A stretch of 32,000 bases of DNA from Acholeplasma laidlawii PG-8A. Its GTDB lineage: Bacteria; Bacillota_I; Bacilli_A; Acholeplasmatales; Acholeplasmataceae. This document shows positions 14,143-24,368 of the stretch, one piece after another; the first letter of the stretch is position 1; every line of letters starts with the position of its first letter. The stretch lies in the NCBI RefSeq assembly GCF_000018785.1, contig NC_010163.1, positions 1,110,001 to 1,142,000 on the forward strand. The letters run 5' to 3'. The translations under genes and the position numbers were made by a program. The notes below the pieces were generated by a model, which was not told the DNA's origin, ran no database searches, and was given only the letters and a program-made list of their open reading frames with translations.

Positions 14143-16023
14143 CTACTTGTTGTTTGGAACATATGATGAAACTATTTGTGATACATGTAGTTTCACTTCA
14201 TCATTTGTTAAAGACTCTAGATTATCTAATAAGTGTGTTGTTAATTCAACATTTAAATGATTACCATTACCATTTTCAATGAAGATTAATTTGTTTTCTG
14301 TTTTATGAATATTTGGATCATTTACATCCAGTAGAAGTTCTTCATAAAGTTTTTCACCTGGACGAAGACCAACGACTTCAATTTTAATATCTTCATCAAC
14401 TCTGTATCCTGCTAAGCGGATCATCTTTTCAGCAAACTCATAAATTTTAACTGGTTCACCCATATCTAAAATAAATAACTCACCATTTTTAGCATAAGCA
14501 CCACACTGTAAAATTAATGAAACTGATTCAGGAATCGTCATAAAGTATCTAGTGATTTCTTTATGCGTTACAGTGACTGGGCCACCATCTTCAATTTGTT
14601 TTTTAAATAGTGGAATTACTGAACCGTTAGAACCTAGTACATTACCAAATCTAACCGCCGTAAAGCTTGTTTCACTATGTTTTTGTTCATTAAAGATAAT
14701 GAGTTCAGCAAAACGTTTTGAAGCCCCCATAATGTTTGTAGAACGCACCGCTTTATCACTACTTACTAAGACGAATTTTTTAACGCCGTACTTCGTAGAA
14801 AGTTTTGCTGTATTCATAGTACCTAAAACGTTTGTTCTAACGGATTCTACAGCACTATCTTCCATTAAAGGTACATGCTTATAAGCTGCTGCATGAAATA
14901 CAATGGTTGGTTTAAATTCTTTAAAGATTTCTTCTAATCTCACTTTATTATAAACACTACCAATACGTACATCTAGTTTTGGATATTGTTTACTGGAATC
15001 TTTATACACTTTACGATTTAATTCCATTTGAATTTCATAAGCATTATTTTCATAAATATCAAAAATAATTAATTGTTTTGGATTCAGTTCAAATATTTGT
15101 CGACATAACTCGCTACCAATAGAACCCCCGCCACCAGTGACTAAGACAACTTCATCACCGATAAAGTCTCTAATTCCTTTGTTATCTAGTTTAATAACTG
15201 GTCTATTGAGTAAATCTTCAACTTTTAAATCTACTAACTTCGATACTTCATTTTGGTTTACATCTTCAATTAAGTTTAATTTCTTAACCTTAATGTGTAG
15301 TTGAATCAAGCTGTTTACAAGTTCATGGAATCTATGTTTTGGAAAGTTTTTGATTGCGATAATGACTTCTTGAACTGCGTATCTACCTACAATTTCTTTG
15401 ATATTATCTAAAGTACCTAATATCGAAATACCCATAATTTGTCTTCCGACTTTTTCTTTATCATCATCAACAAATCCAATAAGCACATTGTTTAAAGATT
15501 TATTTTTGTATATTTCTTTAACCACCATTTCACCAGCAGAACCTGCACCAATAATCAAAGTTCTAACGCCTGTTTCATGGGAAACTTTTAATCTAAGACG
15601 GTATGCAACCAAACTAGTTGTTCGTCTGATAATACGTGGTATGATCATCCCGGTTATTTCAATCAATGTGATTGTAATAAATGCAGACTCTGACATCACT
15701 TCTATATTGAACAAGAATATTGCTAGTACTAATAAAATATTTGTACCAGTTACAACAAGAATCATTCTAAAGAAATCCTCAAATGAAGCATACTTAGAAA
15801 TAATTCTATAAATCCCAAATATTTGGTTTAATAAAATTTTGGCTGGTATGATAAATGCAAAAGCTAACCATAGTGCTTTATGGTCATAATTGAGTTCAAT
15901 ACCTCCGCCCATGTTTTTAAATACCCAAATAGTTAGGTAATAGGATATAACTATGGTTGCTATATCGTATAATACATATTTATAAACTTTTAAAAAAGCC
16001 ATAAACTTCTCTTTTCTTGACAT
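14143..16023 (-). CDS. capD: CapD/PglF/WbpM-type membrane-anchored NDP-sugar 4,6-dehydratase (polysaccharide biosynthesis protein)
   Basis: Four N-terminal TM helices and two Rossmann motifs (LIIGAGSAG, VTGGGGSIGSE). The catalytic region contains SSDKAV...ASKR. I prefer the ATG at 16023 with an AAGGGGAG SD over the track start at 16068. Confidence 0.85.
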   Translation of the reverse strand: MSRKEKFMAFLKVYKYVLYDIATIVISYYLTIWVFKNMGGGIELNYDHKALWLAFAFIIPAKILLNQIFGIYRIISKYASFEDFFRMILVVTGTNILLVLAIFLFNIEVMSESAFITITLIEITGMIIPRIIRRTTSLVAYRLRLKVSHETGVRTLIIGAGSAGEMVVKEIYKNKSLNNVLIGFVDDDKEKVGRQIMGISILGTLDNIKEIVGRYAVQEVIIAIKNFPKHRFHELVNSLIQLHIKVKKLNLIEDVNQNEVSKLVDLKVEDLLNRPVIKLDNKGIRDFIGDEVVLVTGGGGSIGSELCRQIFELNPKQLIIFDIYENNAYEIQMELNRKVYKDSSKQYPKLDVRIGSVYNKVRLEEIFKEFKPTIVFHAAAYKHVPLMEDSAVESVRTNVLGTMNTAKLSTKYGVKKFVLVSSDKAVRSTNIMGASKRFAELIIFNEQKHSETSFTAVRFGNVLGSNGSVIPLFKKQIEDGGPVTVTHKEITRYFMTIPESVSLILQCGAYAKNGELFILDMGEPVKIYEFAEKMIRLAGYRVDEDIKIEVVGLRPGEKLYEELLLDVNDPNIHKTENKLIFIENGNGNHLNVELTTHLLDNLESLTNDEVKLHVSQIVSSYVPNNK

Positions 16024-16307
16024 ATAATCTCCCCTTAAATGTCTTTTTATATTGATATCCCACATCAAATAACACTGAAATACTTTTGATTAGTCATCAA
16101 TCAGTTTTTTATATACTAAAAGTATATCATATATTTCGCTAGAATGCATAACTAAAATACAATCTACTATTTCAAATCAGATAAAGGCATCATGATGCTT
16201 TTATGTTGGGACCAATTTACCAAATAAATCATGTGATTGATGATAAACTTAGGTATCATTTTACAGTGTTTGGCTTTAAGTTTTATATGAAATGCTTTTA
16301 TAAGGAC

Positions 16308-16340
16308 AAAAAAAGAGGATTGTCGTTAGATAATCCTCTT
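16308..16340 (-). terminator. Intrinsic terminator of pfkA-pyk operon
   Basis: Stem aagaggatt (16313-16321) / aatcctctt (16332-16340), followed on the minus strand by TTTTTTT. Confidence 0.75.
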
Positions 16341-16357
16341 ATGAGTTGTTTAATTAA

Positions 16358-17710
16358 TTATTTGATTTCTAATAATTTAGTTGAACTATTAGTTACTTCT
16401 AATACGAAGTCACCTTCAACCAAACCTAATTTATCTAAGAACTTAGACGCTTCATCTTTACTTAATACTGGGTATACACCAAAGTGAAGTGCTAACGCTC
16501 TAGCTTCTTTAGCATTTTTTACAACAGCAATGTTAATTGCTTGTGTATGGTATGCTGCAAATGATTTAGCTACATCAACGCCTGTTGTAATTACAACATC
16601 TACTTCATACTCTAATACTAATTTAGCTGCTGATTGAGCGATTGCATCAATATTAGAATCTCCCATGAAGTAACCATCTAAGAACACTTCATAGTCTAAT
16701 GTTGATTCAGCTTTTGCATCAATACTTGCCATTTTTTTAACTGATTCAATTGGGTAATCACCAGCTGCTGATTCACCACTTAACATTGTTGCAGAAGTTC
16801 CTTCTCTAACTGCGTTAAATACGTCAGATACTTCAGCTCTTGTTGGGCGTGGGTTTTTTTGCATAGATTCAAGCATTTGAGTAGCAACGATTACTACTTT
16901 ACCTAATTCTAAACATTTGTCGATCATTTCTGATTGGTACATTGGTACTAATTCACCTTCAACTTCGATACCTAAGTCTCCACGTGCAACCATGATACCA
17001 TCAACAACATCTAAAATGTCATCTAGGTTATCCATACCTTCTTGGTTTTCAATTTTAGCAATAATTTGAACGTCTTTACCACCGTTGTTATCCAAGATAT
17101 CACGAACAGCTTGAGCATCTTCGCCACGTCTTACAAAACTTGCAGCAACAAAGTCATAACCCATAGTTGCAGCAAATTTAATATCACTTGCATCTTTTTC
17201 GGAAATGAAAGGCATATTTAGAACAACACCTGGAATGTTTACACCACGTCTTGATTTTACTGTATGTGTGTTTAAAGCTTTAGTTACTAATTCATTATTT
17301 TTAGTATCTTTTTCAATCACTTCTAATGTTAGGTAACCATCATCAACAGAAACGAATTCTCCTACTTTCATATCGTCAAATAAACCTGGGTATGAAACAG
17401 AGAATCTTTCTTTGTTTCCTAATACTGGTGTAAATCCGATTCTAACGATTGAATTTTTTTGGATTTCTACTTTACCATCAAATTCGTGTGTACGAATTTC
17501 TGGTCCTTTAGTATCAAGTAAGTAAGCAACGTGTGTGCCTAACTCCTCGTTAATTGATTGAATCGTTTTTAAACGGTTCCCGTGTTCTTCATAGTCTCCG
17601 TGTGAAAAGTTAAAGCGTGCTACGTTCATACCAGCTTTAACAAGTTGTGTCATGACTGCTTTATCTTCTGATGCAGGTCCTAATGTACAAACAATTTTTG
17701 TTTTTCTCAT
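16358..17710 (-). CDS. pyk: Pyruvate kinase
   Basis: Motifs MRKTKIVCTLGPAS, NFSHG, MVARGDLGVE-type (MVARGDLGIEV) and GESAAG. I prefer the start at ATG 17710 over the track start at 17728. Confidence 0.95.
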   Translation of the reverse strand: MRKTKIVCTLGPASEDKAVMTQLVKAGMNVARFNFSHGDYEEHGNRLKTIQSINEELGTHVAYLLDTKGPEIRTHEFDGKVEIQKNSIVRIGFTPVLGNKERFSVSYPGLFDDMKVGEFVSVDDGYLTLEVIEKDTKNNELVTKALNTHTVKSRRGVNIPGVVLNMPFISEKDASDIKFAATMGYDFVAASFVRRGEDAQAVRDILDNNGGKDVQIIAKIENQEGMDNLDDILDVVDGIMVARGDLGIEVEGELVPMYQSEMIDKCLELGKVVIVATQMLESMQKNPRPTRAEVSDVFNAVREGTSATMLSGESAAGDYPIESVKKMASIDAKAESTLDYEVFLDGYFMGDSNIDAIAQSAAKLVLEYEVDVVITTGVDVAKSFAAYHTQAINIAVVKNAKEARALALHFGVYPVLSKDEASKFLDKLGLVEGDFVLEVTNSSTKLLEIK

Positions 17711-17745
17711 ATTTTTTTTACCTTTCATTTTTTCTTTTTTTGTAA

Positions 17746-18696
17746 TTATCTTAATTTCTTAATGAGATCATATAGCTCAACGCGTTCTTTTGGATGGTTG
17801 ATGATATCAGATAATGGTGATGTTACTAGTTTATCATCTTTTATACCAACACATTGTCCACTCACACCTTTGGCAAGCATTTCGACTGCAAATGCACCCA
17901 TACGTGATGCTAAGATACGGTCTTCAGCAATTGGTGTTCCACCTCTTTGGATATAACCAAGTACTGTTGCTCGTGAACTAAATCCAGATTTGATTGAGAT
18001 TTCAGCAGCAAGTTTATGCACATCAAATTGTTGTTCAGTGACAACAATGATGGCATGGCGTCTGCCTTCTTCATTATGTTTTTTTAATGTTGAAATTAAC
18101 TTATCTTTATTAATTGGGTTTTCTGGTGTAATAATGAACTCAGCACCACCACAGATACCTGCATATAATGCTAAATCACCTGATGTTCTACCCATAACTT
18201 CAATAATACTACAACGTCTATGTGACGATGATGTATCTCTTAGTTTATCTATTGCTTCTACAATTGTATTTAATGCAGTATGGAATCCGATTGTATAATC
18301 TGTTCCATAAACGTCATTATCAATTGTTCCAGGAATAGCTATGGTTTGGAATTCTAGTTCATGGAGTGCTTGAGCACCTCTGTAACTACCATCACCACCA
18401 ATAACGATTAAAGCATCAATACCACGATTACGTAGATTATCGATTGCTACCATTTGAACTGGTACTTCTTTAAACTCAGATACTCTTGCAGTACCCAGTT
18501 TTGTACCACCAATGCTTAACATACCTGAAACATCTTTGGCAGCTAGCGGTATAAAACGATCTTCTAAAAGACCTCTATAACCATCCATAATACCAAACAT
18601 CTCATGACCTTCTGCAATACCTGTACGCACAATTGCACGAATTGCTGCGTTCATTCCAGGTGCATCGCCGCCAGAAGTTAAAACTGCTATTTTCAT
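17746..18696 (-). CDS. pfkA: ATP-dependent 6-phosphofructokinase
   Basis: Motifs MKIAVLTSGGDAPGMNAAIR, IGGDGSY (Gly at the E. coli 104 position), PGTIDND (Gly at 124) and MGR. Classic pfkA-pyk operon arrangement. Confidence 0.95.
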   Translation of the reverse strand: MKIAVLTSGGDAPGMNAAIRAIVRTGIAEGHEMFGIMDGYRGLLEDRFIPLAAKDVSGMLSIGGTKLGTARVSEFKEVPVQMVAIDNLRNRGIDALIVIGGDGSYRGAQALHELEFQTIAIPGTIDNDVYGTDYTIGFHTALNTIVEAIDKLRDTSSSHRRCSIIEVMGRTSGDLALYAGICGGAEFIITPENPINKDKLISTLKKHNEEGRRHAIIVVTEQQFDVHKLAAEISIKSGFSSRATVLGYIQRGGTPIAEDRILASRMGAFAVEMLAKGVSGQCVGIKDDKLVTSPLSDIINHPKERVELYDLIKKLR

Positions 18697-18969
18697 ATGT
18701 CATACCTCCTTATACGCCGTTACATATTATATCATGTTTTGTGCAAGAAATTGTGCAAAATCATGAATATTTCTTCCAATGAATAAATTATTCTAAATTA
18801 AGGGAAAACTCATGGTCGTTTTACAACAATTTACATGAATTGAACACTTTCTTATGACAAATGTTGTAATAATTGAACATTTAACGCTTAAGTGTTTGCA
18901 ATAAAGGGTATTCTTTGATAAACTTATTAGTGGAAATTTACTAATAAATAATAAAAAGGACGGTATACT

Positions 18970-20214
18970 ATGAAAAAATTAGTTGGTGCTGCACTCTTAG
19001 GACAATCTGGAGGTCCAACCTCAGTGATTAACGCCTCAGCAGCAGGTGTATTTTTAGAGAGTTTAAAGCATGATGAGATTACAGAAATCTATGGTGCTCA
19101 ACACGGTATCAAAGGTATCTTAGATGAAAACTTCTATGATATTAGAAAAGAAGATGTTGAAGAATTAGAAAGATTAAAGTATACTCCATCATCTGCAATT
19201 GGTTCAGTAAGATACAAATTAAAAGATTACAAAAAAGATCCAACAGACTATAATAAATTATTAGAAATCTTTAAAAAATATAACATTCGTTATTTCTTCT
19301 ACAATGGTGGAAATGACTCAATGGATACATGTTTAAAAATTTCTAAATTTATGAAAACAGCTGGTTGGGAAATGCGCGTTGTTGGGGTACCTAAAACAAT
19401 CGATAACGACTTAGCAGGTATCGACCATTCACCTGGATATGGTTCAGCAGCTAAATACGTTGCAACTTCTATCATGGAATTATACTTAGATGCTACAGTT
19501 TATAACACACAACAATTCATTATTGTTGAAGTAATGGGTAGAAATGCTGGTTGGTTAACTGCTGCTGCTGCACTTGCTTCAGTTGGTGGTGTTAAACCAG
19601 ACTTAATGTATTTACCAGAAACTCCATTTGATATGGACAAATTCTACAACCAAGTAGGTGAATTACTAAAAACTGGTAAATCAGTATTTGTAGTTGTATC
19701 AGAAGGTATTAAAACTGCTGAAGGTAAATACATCCCTGAATATGAAACAGAAATCGCTCGTGATGCATTCGGACATGCGAACTTAGGTGGTACTGCAAGT
19801 GTACTTGCAAACCACGTAGGTGAAAAATTCGGTGTTAAGACTCGTGCTATCGAATTCTCATTATTACAAAGATCAGCTGCTCACATTGCATCTCAAACAG
19901 ATATCAATGAAGCATTCAAAGTTGGACAAATTGCTGTTAAAAAAGCAATCAATGGTACAACAAACAAATTTGTAGGTATCCAAAGAGTTCCTGGGGATAA
20001 ATACAAAGTGAAGTATCCTCTACTTCCATTAAAGATTGTTGCTAACGCAGAACGTAAAGTACCATTAGAGTGGATCTTACCTGATGGACAAGGTTTAACT
20101 CAAGACTTTATTGATTATGCATTACCATTAATCCAAGGTGAAACTAAATTAGAAAAAGTAAACGGGTTACCTCGTTTTGCTAAATTAAATAAAGTTTTAG
20201 CACCTAAAAAATAA
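18970..20214 (+). CDS. pfp: Pyrophosphate-dependent phosphofructokinase (PPi-PFK)
   Basis: PFK fold (GGPTSVINA, MGR). It has GGNDS (Asp at the position equivalent to E. coli Gly104) and VPKTIDND (Lys at Gly124), the residue pair associated with PPi rather than ATP use. Confidence 0.8.
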   Translation: MKKLVGAALLGQSGGPTSVINASAAGVFLESLKHDEITEIYGAQHGIKGILDENFYDIRKEDVEELERLKYTPSSAIGSVRYKLKDYKKDPTDYNKLLEIFKKYNIRYFFYNGGNDSMDTCLKISKFMKTAGWEMRVVGVPKTIDNDLAGIDHSPGYGSAAKYVATSIMELYLDATVYNTQQFIIVEVMGRNAGWLTAAAALASVGGVKPDLMYLPETPFDMDKFYNQVGELLKTGKSVFVVVSEGIKTAEGKYIPEYETEIARDAFGHANLGGTASVLANHVGEKFGVKTRAIEFSLLQRSAAHIASQTDINEAFKVGQIAVKKAINGTTNKFVGIQRVPGDKYKVKYPLLPLKIVANAERKVPLEWILPDGQGLTQDFIDYALPLIQGETKLEKVNGLPRFAKLNKVLAPKK

Positions 20215-20225
20215 GTTCTAAATTG

Positions 20226-20264
20226 TAGAAGCCTAACCAATTTCGGTTAGGCTTCTTTCTTTTT
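20226..20264 (+). terminator. Intrinsic terminator of pfp
   Basis: 12-bp stem agaagcctaacc / ggttaggcttct with a 6-nt loop, followed by ttcttttt. Confidence 0.8.
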
Positions 20265-20334
20265 AAACGCTTCTAAAGTCTTTTCATCTTATATTTGATA
20301 CAATATATATAACAATAAAGGAGCCAACTTACTT

Positions 20335-21672
20335 ATGATGCATGAACACTTAACATCTATTTATAATGAATTACAGACTAAATATAGTTATCAAAAAGAG
20401 TATCTTCAATCTGTATATGAATTCTTTGAATCTATTTCAGAGGTTATTGAAGAAGATCCTAGAATCATTGAAACAAATATTATACGTAACATTGTAGAAC
20501 CAGATCGTATTATCACCTTTAAAGTTCCTTGGGAAGATGATAAAGGTGCTAGACATGTAAATACAGGTTACCGAGTACAGTTTAACCAAGCACTAGGTCC
20601 ATATAAAGGTGGTATTAGATTTACACCTAAAGTCAATGAATCCATACTAAAATTTTTAGGATTTGAACAAACCTTTAAAAACAGTTTAACAGGTATACCT
20701 TTAGGCGGGGCTAAAGGTGGCGCTGATTTTGATCCAAAACATAAAAGTGACCAAGAGATCCTAAGATTTTGTAGATCTTATATGATGGAACTACATAAGT
20801 TTTTAGGTCCCAACATGGATATTCCAGCAGGAGACCTAGGGGTTTCACAAAAAACAGTCGGTTATATGTTTGGGATGTATAAACGCTTAACTCAAAGACA
20901 TGAAGGCGTATTTACTGGTAAGGGCACTAAATATGGTGGTTCCTTAGCTAGAACTGAAGCTACAGGTTACGGTATTATTTATATGGTACTTGCTGCTTTA
21001 AAAACTTACTTTCAAACAGATTTAAAAGACAAAATAGTTATTATATCCGGTAGTGGTAATGTTGCCATACATACAGGGTATAAGGCTCAAGCAATGGGTG
21101 CTAAAGTGGTTGCTATGTCTTCTATTGATGGTGTGATACACCATGAAACTGGTATTGACGTGTCTTACTTAGAATATATTAAAGATAATAATTTATCAAT
21201 TAAAGATTATACTTTACGTTATCCTTCGGCAATTTTCGCAGAAAATCCTAAACGCATTTGGGAAATTAACTGTGATATTGCACTACCTTGTGCAACCGAA
21301 AATGAATTAGATTTAGAGGAAGCTAAAAAGTTAGTAGATAATGGCATTATGTTACTTGCAGAGGGTGCGAATATGCCAACTACTTTAGATGCTACACACT
21401 ATTTTCTTGATAACAACATTCTATTCATTCCAGGTAAGGCATGTAATGCAGGTGGTGTATCGGTCAGTGGACTAGAGATGCAACAAAATGCATTACATAC
21501 TTATTGGGATTTTGATACAGTTGATCAAAAACTACAAACTATCATGAATCGTATTTTCGAAGATATGTATGAAACTGCTAGAAGTTATGGCGATGATAAA
21601 AATTTAGTTAAGGGTGCAAATATTTTATCCTTTAAACGAGTTTATCAAGCTATGCTTGAACAAGGTCTATAA
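20335..21672 (+). CDS. gdhA: NADP-specific glutamate dehydrogenase
   Basis: Motifs GPYKGGIRF and GGAKGG, a Rossmann motif GSGNVA, and typical hexameric GDH length (445 aa). Confidence 0.9.
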   Translation: MMHEHLTSIYNELQTKYSYQKEYLQSVYEFFESISEVIEEDPRIIETNIIRNIVEPDRIITFKVPWEDDKGARHVNTGYRVQFNQALGPYKGGIRFTPKVNESILKFLGFEQTFKNSLTGIPLGGAKGGADFDPKHKSDQEILRFCRSYMMELHKFLGPNMDIPAGDLGVSQKTVGYMFGMYKRLTQRHEGVFTGKGTKYGGSLARTEATGYGIIYMVLAALKTYFQTDLKDKIVIISGSGNVAIHTGYKAQAMGAKVVAMSSIDGVIHHETGIDVSYLEYIKDNNLSIKDYTLRYPSAIFAENPKRIWEINCDIALPCATENELDLEEAKKLVDNGIMLLAEGANMPTTLDATHYFLDNNILFIPGKACNAGGVSVSGLEMQQNALHTYWDFDTVDQKLQTIMNRIFEDMYETARSYGDDKNLVKGANILSFKRVYQAMLEQGL

Positions 21673-21676
21673 AAAG

Positions 21677-21720
21677 AAGCATAATCTTATGATACTCGTA
21701 ACTTAAGATTATGCTTTTTA
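21677..21720 (+). terminator. Intrinsic terminator of gdhA
   Basis: 13-bp stem aagcataatctta (21677-21689) / taagattatgctt (21704-21716), followed by a T-run. Confidence 0.8.
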
Positions 21721-21764
21721 TGTTATAATTTTTATTAACAAATGAAAATGAATGAGGCTTAACT

Positions 21765-23216
21765 TTGAAAGAAAAAATTGAACAACAATTAGGTGGACGT
21801 ATATTCCCGGTCTTAATGATAGGTATATCATTTATGATTTGGTCTTACAGATATTTTGTACCTACAGAACACTTGATGGTGATCTCATTTTTTAGTTTAT
21901 TCTTATTAAGCATACCGTTTTTTCTAATATCCTTTTTCTATAAGAACACAATTTATACCTTACCAATTATATTTGGTTTGGTATTTTCTTTAGGTATACA
22001 TAATATGAATTTGGACACTTTTGATTTGGCACTTATCGGATTTTTAAATATTGGTTTAATCATTATTGGTATGATCGTTCATGTCATTAAGTTTAGACCA
22101 CAGTTTAAACTAAAAACTTTAGGTGCTTCTATGATTATCGTATCTATTAGTTTTATCTTACCTGAGTTTGCAAAACCATTTGTACCTGTAGGTATGATGT
22201 TATCCTTATTAGGTGTCTTATATTTAATTATATATCTATATTACGCCAATACCATAGTTGGTAATCAATTACACTATTTAATGCGTATCTTCATGTTAAC
22301 GGGTCTTATGTTAACATTCCAGTTAATCTTAATGTGGTATGACGGATTTCTAGCTTGGGAAGGTACAGACTTTTTACTAGATTTCATGAGCATGTTTAAT
22401 CTAGGTACAGGTAGTGTACCTGGTTGGGGTAATATAAATGATTTAACTATCCATGTAGTTCTCTTCTCTGCAAGTGTTATTTATTACTTATATAAATACC
22501 CAACAAAACTATTCCCTTGGTTATACTTAGCATTTTCTGCCTTTTGGATTTATGTATCCAATGCCAGAGGTTCCATGGTCACTGTTTCAGTCCTAGGGTT
22601 GGGTGCAGTTGTTTACGCAGTATTCAAACGTAATAAAAGACAACTTATAAACTTAATTATTACTGCAATTATTGGTGGTATAGTCATTCTAGTGTTTTTA
22701 CCCACTGTACAACAAATATGGGACTCATTCTTTAATACAATTGATTTTGATAATCCAGACTCCATGTTAAGTGGTAGACTCACCCTTTGGTTCTATCATG
22801 AAGACTCTGCTTGGTTATCCTTCCTAAAACATCCAGTTGTTGGCACTGGTTGGTATAATCAAATATGGATATTAGGTGAAGCTGAAAACCGTATTACGAT
22901 TTACCACTCAACATTTTTCCAAGTGCTTGCAACTGGTGGTGTAGTAGGTATTGGAGCACTCATTTATCAATTCGTATGTATTGGTCGTATCTTTATTAAA
23001 AATATACGATTTAAAGCCGTTTCAGCATTCTTACTAACCTATGTATTAAGTCAACTTCATGGCTTGCTTGATAATACTCAGTACATGATTCACTTTTCTG
23101 TGATCACTTATATTACCTTTGCCGTATTTGACAATTTAGGTAGTGAAGATGACTTCGTACCTAAGGAACTTCAAGTTTCAAAAACACCTCATGATCCAAA
23201 CATAAAAACCGTGTAG
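21765..23216 (+). CDS. O-antigen ligase/polymerase-like (Wzy_C family) polytopic membrane protein
   Basis: At least 10 TM helices. A loop carries NARGSMV and the late motif YHSTFFQVLATGGVVG, typical of the O-antigen ligase family. TTG start with a GAGG SD. Confidence 0.6.
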   Translation: MKEKIEQQLGGRIFPVLMIGISFMIWSYRYFVPTEHLMVISFFSLFLLSIPFFLISFFYKNTIYTLPIIFGLVFSLGIHNMNLDTFDLALIGFLNIGLIIIGMIVHVIKFRPQFKLKTLGASMIIVSISFILPEFAKPFVPVGMMLSLLGVLYLIIYLYYANTIVGNQLHYLMRIFMLTGLMLTFQLILMWYDGFLAWEGTDFLLDFMSMFNLGTGSVPGWGNINDLTIHVVLFSASVIYYLYKYPTKLFPWLYLAFSAFWIYVSNARGSMVTVSVLGLGAVVYAVFKRNKRQLINLIITAIIGGIVILVFLPTVQQIWDSFFNTIDFDNPDSMLSGRLTLWFYHEDSAWLSFLKHPVVGTGWYNQIWILGEAENRITIYHSTFFQVLATGGVVGIGALIYQFVCIGRIFIKNIRFKAVSAFLLTYVLSQLHGLLDNTQYMIHFSVITYITFAVFDNLGSEDDFVPKELQVSKTPHDPNIKTV

Positions 23217-23235
23217 ACTCAATGTGTCTACACGG
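23209..23235. terminator. Bidirectional terminator between convergent genes
   Basis: 10-bp stem ccgtgtagac (23209-23218) / gtctacacgg (23226-23235), with a T-rich flank on the plus strand. Confidence 0.7.
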
Positions 23236-23241
23236 TTTTAT

Positions 23242-24348
23242 TTATCTTAAGGATTCAAATGTTATAAATTCTTTATGAAAACTTTCTGCTACATCTTTTT
23301 GAGTGATGTATCCTTTATAGGTATTGAGTCCTTCATTGATCGAAGGATTTTCTTCTACTGATTTTTCTAAACCCTTATTTGCAATCTCTAGTCCAAACTT
23401 TAAAGTTGCATCATTAAGTGCAATCGTTGCTGTTCTAGGTACAATACCTGGCATGTTAGCTACACAATAATGTGTAATACCAGAAACTTTAAAGACTGGT
23501 TCTGAGTGTGTAGTTGGTCTACTTACTTCAGTTGATCCACCTTGATCGATTGCGATATCGACAATCACAGTACCTTTTTTCATATCTTTATAATATGCTT
23601 TTTTAATGAGTTTTGGTGCCTTCTTACCAGGTAATAGGACACTTGAAATCACTAAATCTGCATCTTTTAATGAAGCAATAATATTTGCTTCATTAGATAT
23701 GAGTGTTGTTAATTTAGGATAGATTTGTTTTAAATCGTCTAATCTTTTCTCATTAATATCTAGAATCGTGACATCACTGCCTAATCCGTAAGCATTTTGA
23801 AGTGCTGCACTACCTGCAACACCGGCACCAATAATAGTAACTTTTGCAGGGTTGACACCTGTTACACCAGAAATTAATAACCCATTTCCACCATTGTTTT
23901 TATATAAGAATCTAGCGCCTTCTAAAACAGATAGTCTACCTGCAACCTCACTCATAGGTTTTAATAAAGGTAGCCCTGTTTCATCACGTACAGTTTCATA
24001 AGCGATGGATGATACGCGTTTCTTTAACAATGTTTTTAATAAGGGTTCATCTGCCGCTAAGTGCAGATATGTAAATAGAATTTGACCGGTTCTAATGAGT
24101 GGATACTCACTACGAACTGGCTCTTTAACTTTAATAATCATTTTTGACTTATGCCAAACTTCTTTTGCACTGTCTATAATGACAGCGCCTCTTTTTTTAT
24201 ATGCTGCATCGCTAAACCCTGAGGTTTTGCCTGCACCACTTTCTACCAAGACTGTGTGTCCTGCTTTTACATAAGCTCTAACAGCATCCGGTGTTAACCC
24301 AACTCTATCTTCACTCTCTTTTACTTCTCTAACTAATCCAATAATCAT
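23242..24348 (-). CDS. ald: Alanine dehydrogenase
   Basis: MIIGLVREVKESEDRVGLTP, a Rossmann motif IIGAGVAG, and 368 aa length match the AlaDH/PNT family. Confidence 0.85.
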   Translation of the reverse strand: MIIGLVREVKESEDRVGLTPDAVRAYVKAGHTVLVESGAGKTSGFSDAAYKKRGAVIIDSAKEVWHKSKMIIKVKEPVRSEYPLIRTGQILFTYLHLAADEPLLKTLLKKRVSSIAYETVRDETGLPLLKPMSEVAGRLSVLEGARFLYKNNGGNGLLISGVTGVNPAKVTIIGAGVAGSAALQNAYGLGSDVTILDINEKRLDDLKQIYPKLTTLISNEANIIASLKDADLVISSVLLPGKKAPKLIKKAYYKDMKKGTVIVDIAIDQGGSTEVSRPTTHSEPVFKVSGITHYCVANMPGIVPRTATIALNDATLKFGLEIANKGLEKSVEENPSINEGLNTYKGYITQKDVAESFHKEFITFESLR

Positions 24349-24368
24349 GTGTTTTACTCCTTTATAAT

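Noticed and set aside
16203-16487. 94-aa plus-strand ORF spanning the capD-pyk spacer and the pyk 3' end.
   Set aside because: It has no SD, runs straight through the pyk terminator hairpin and into the antisense of pyk, and carries no recognisable motif.
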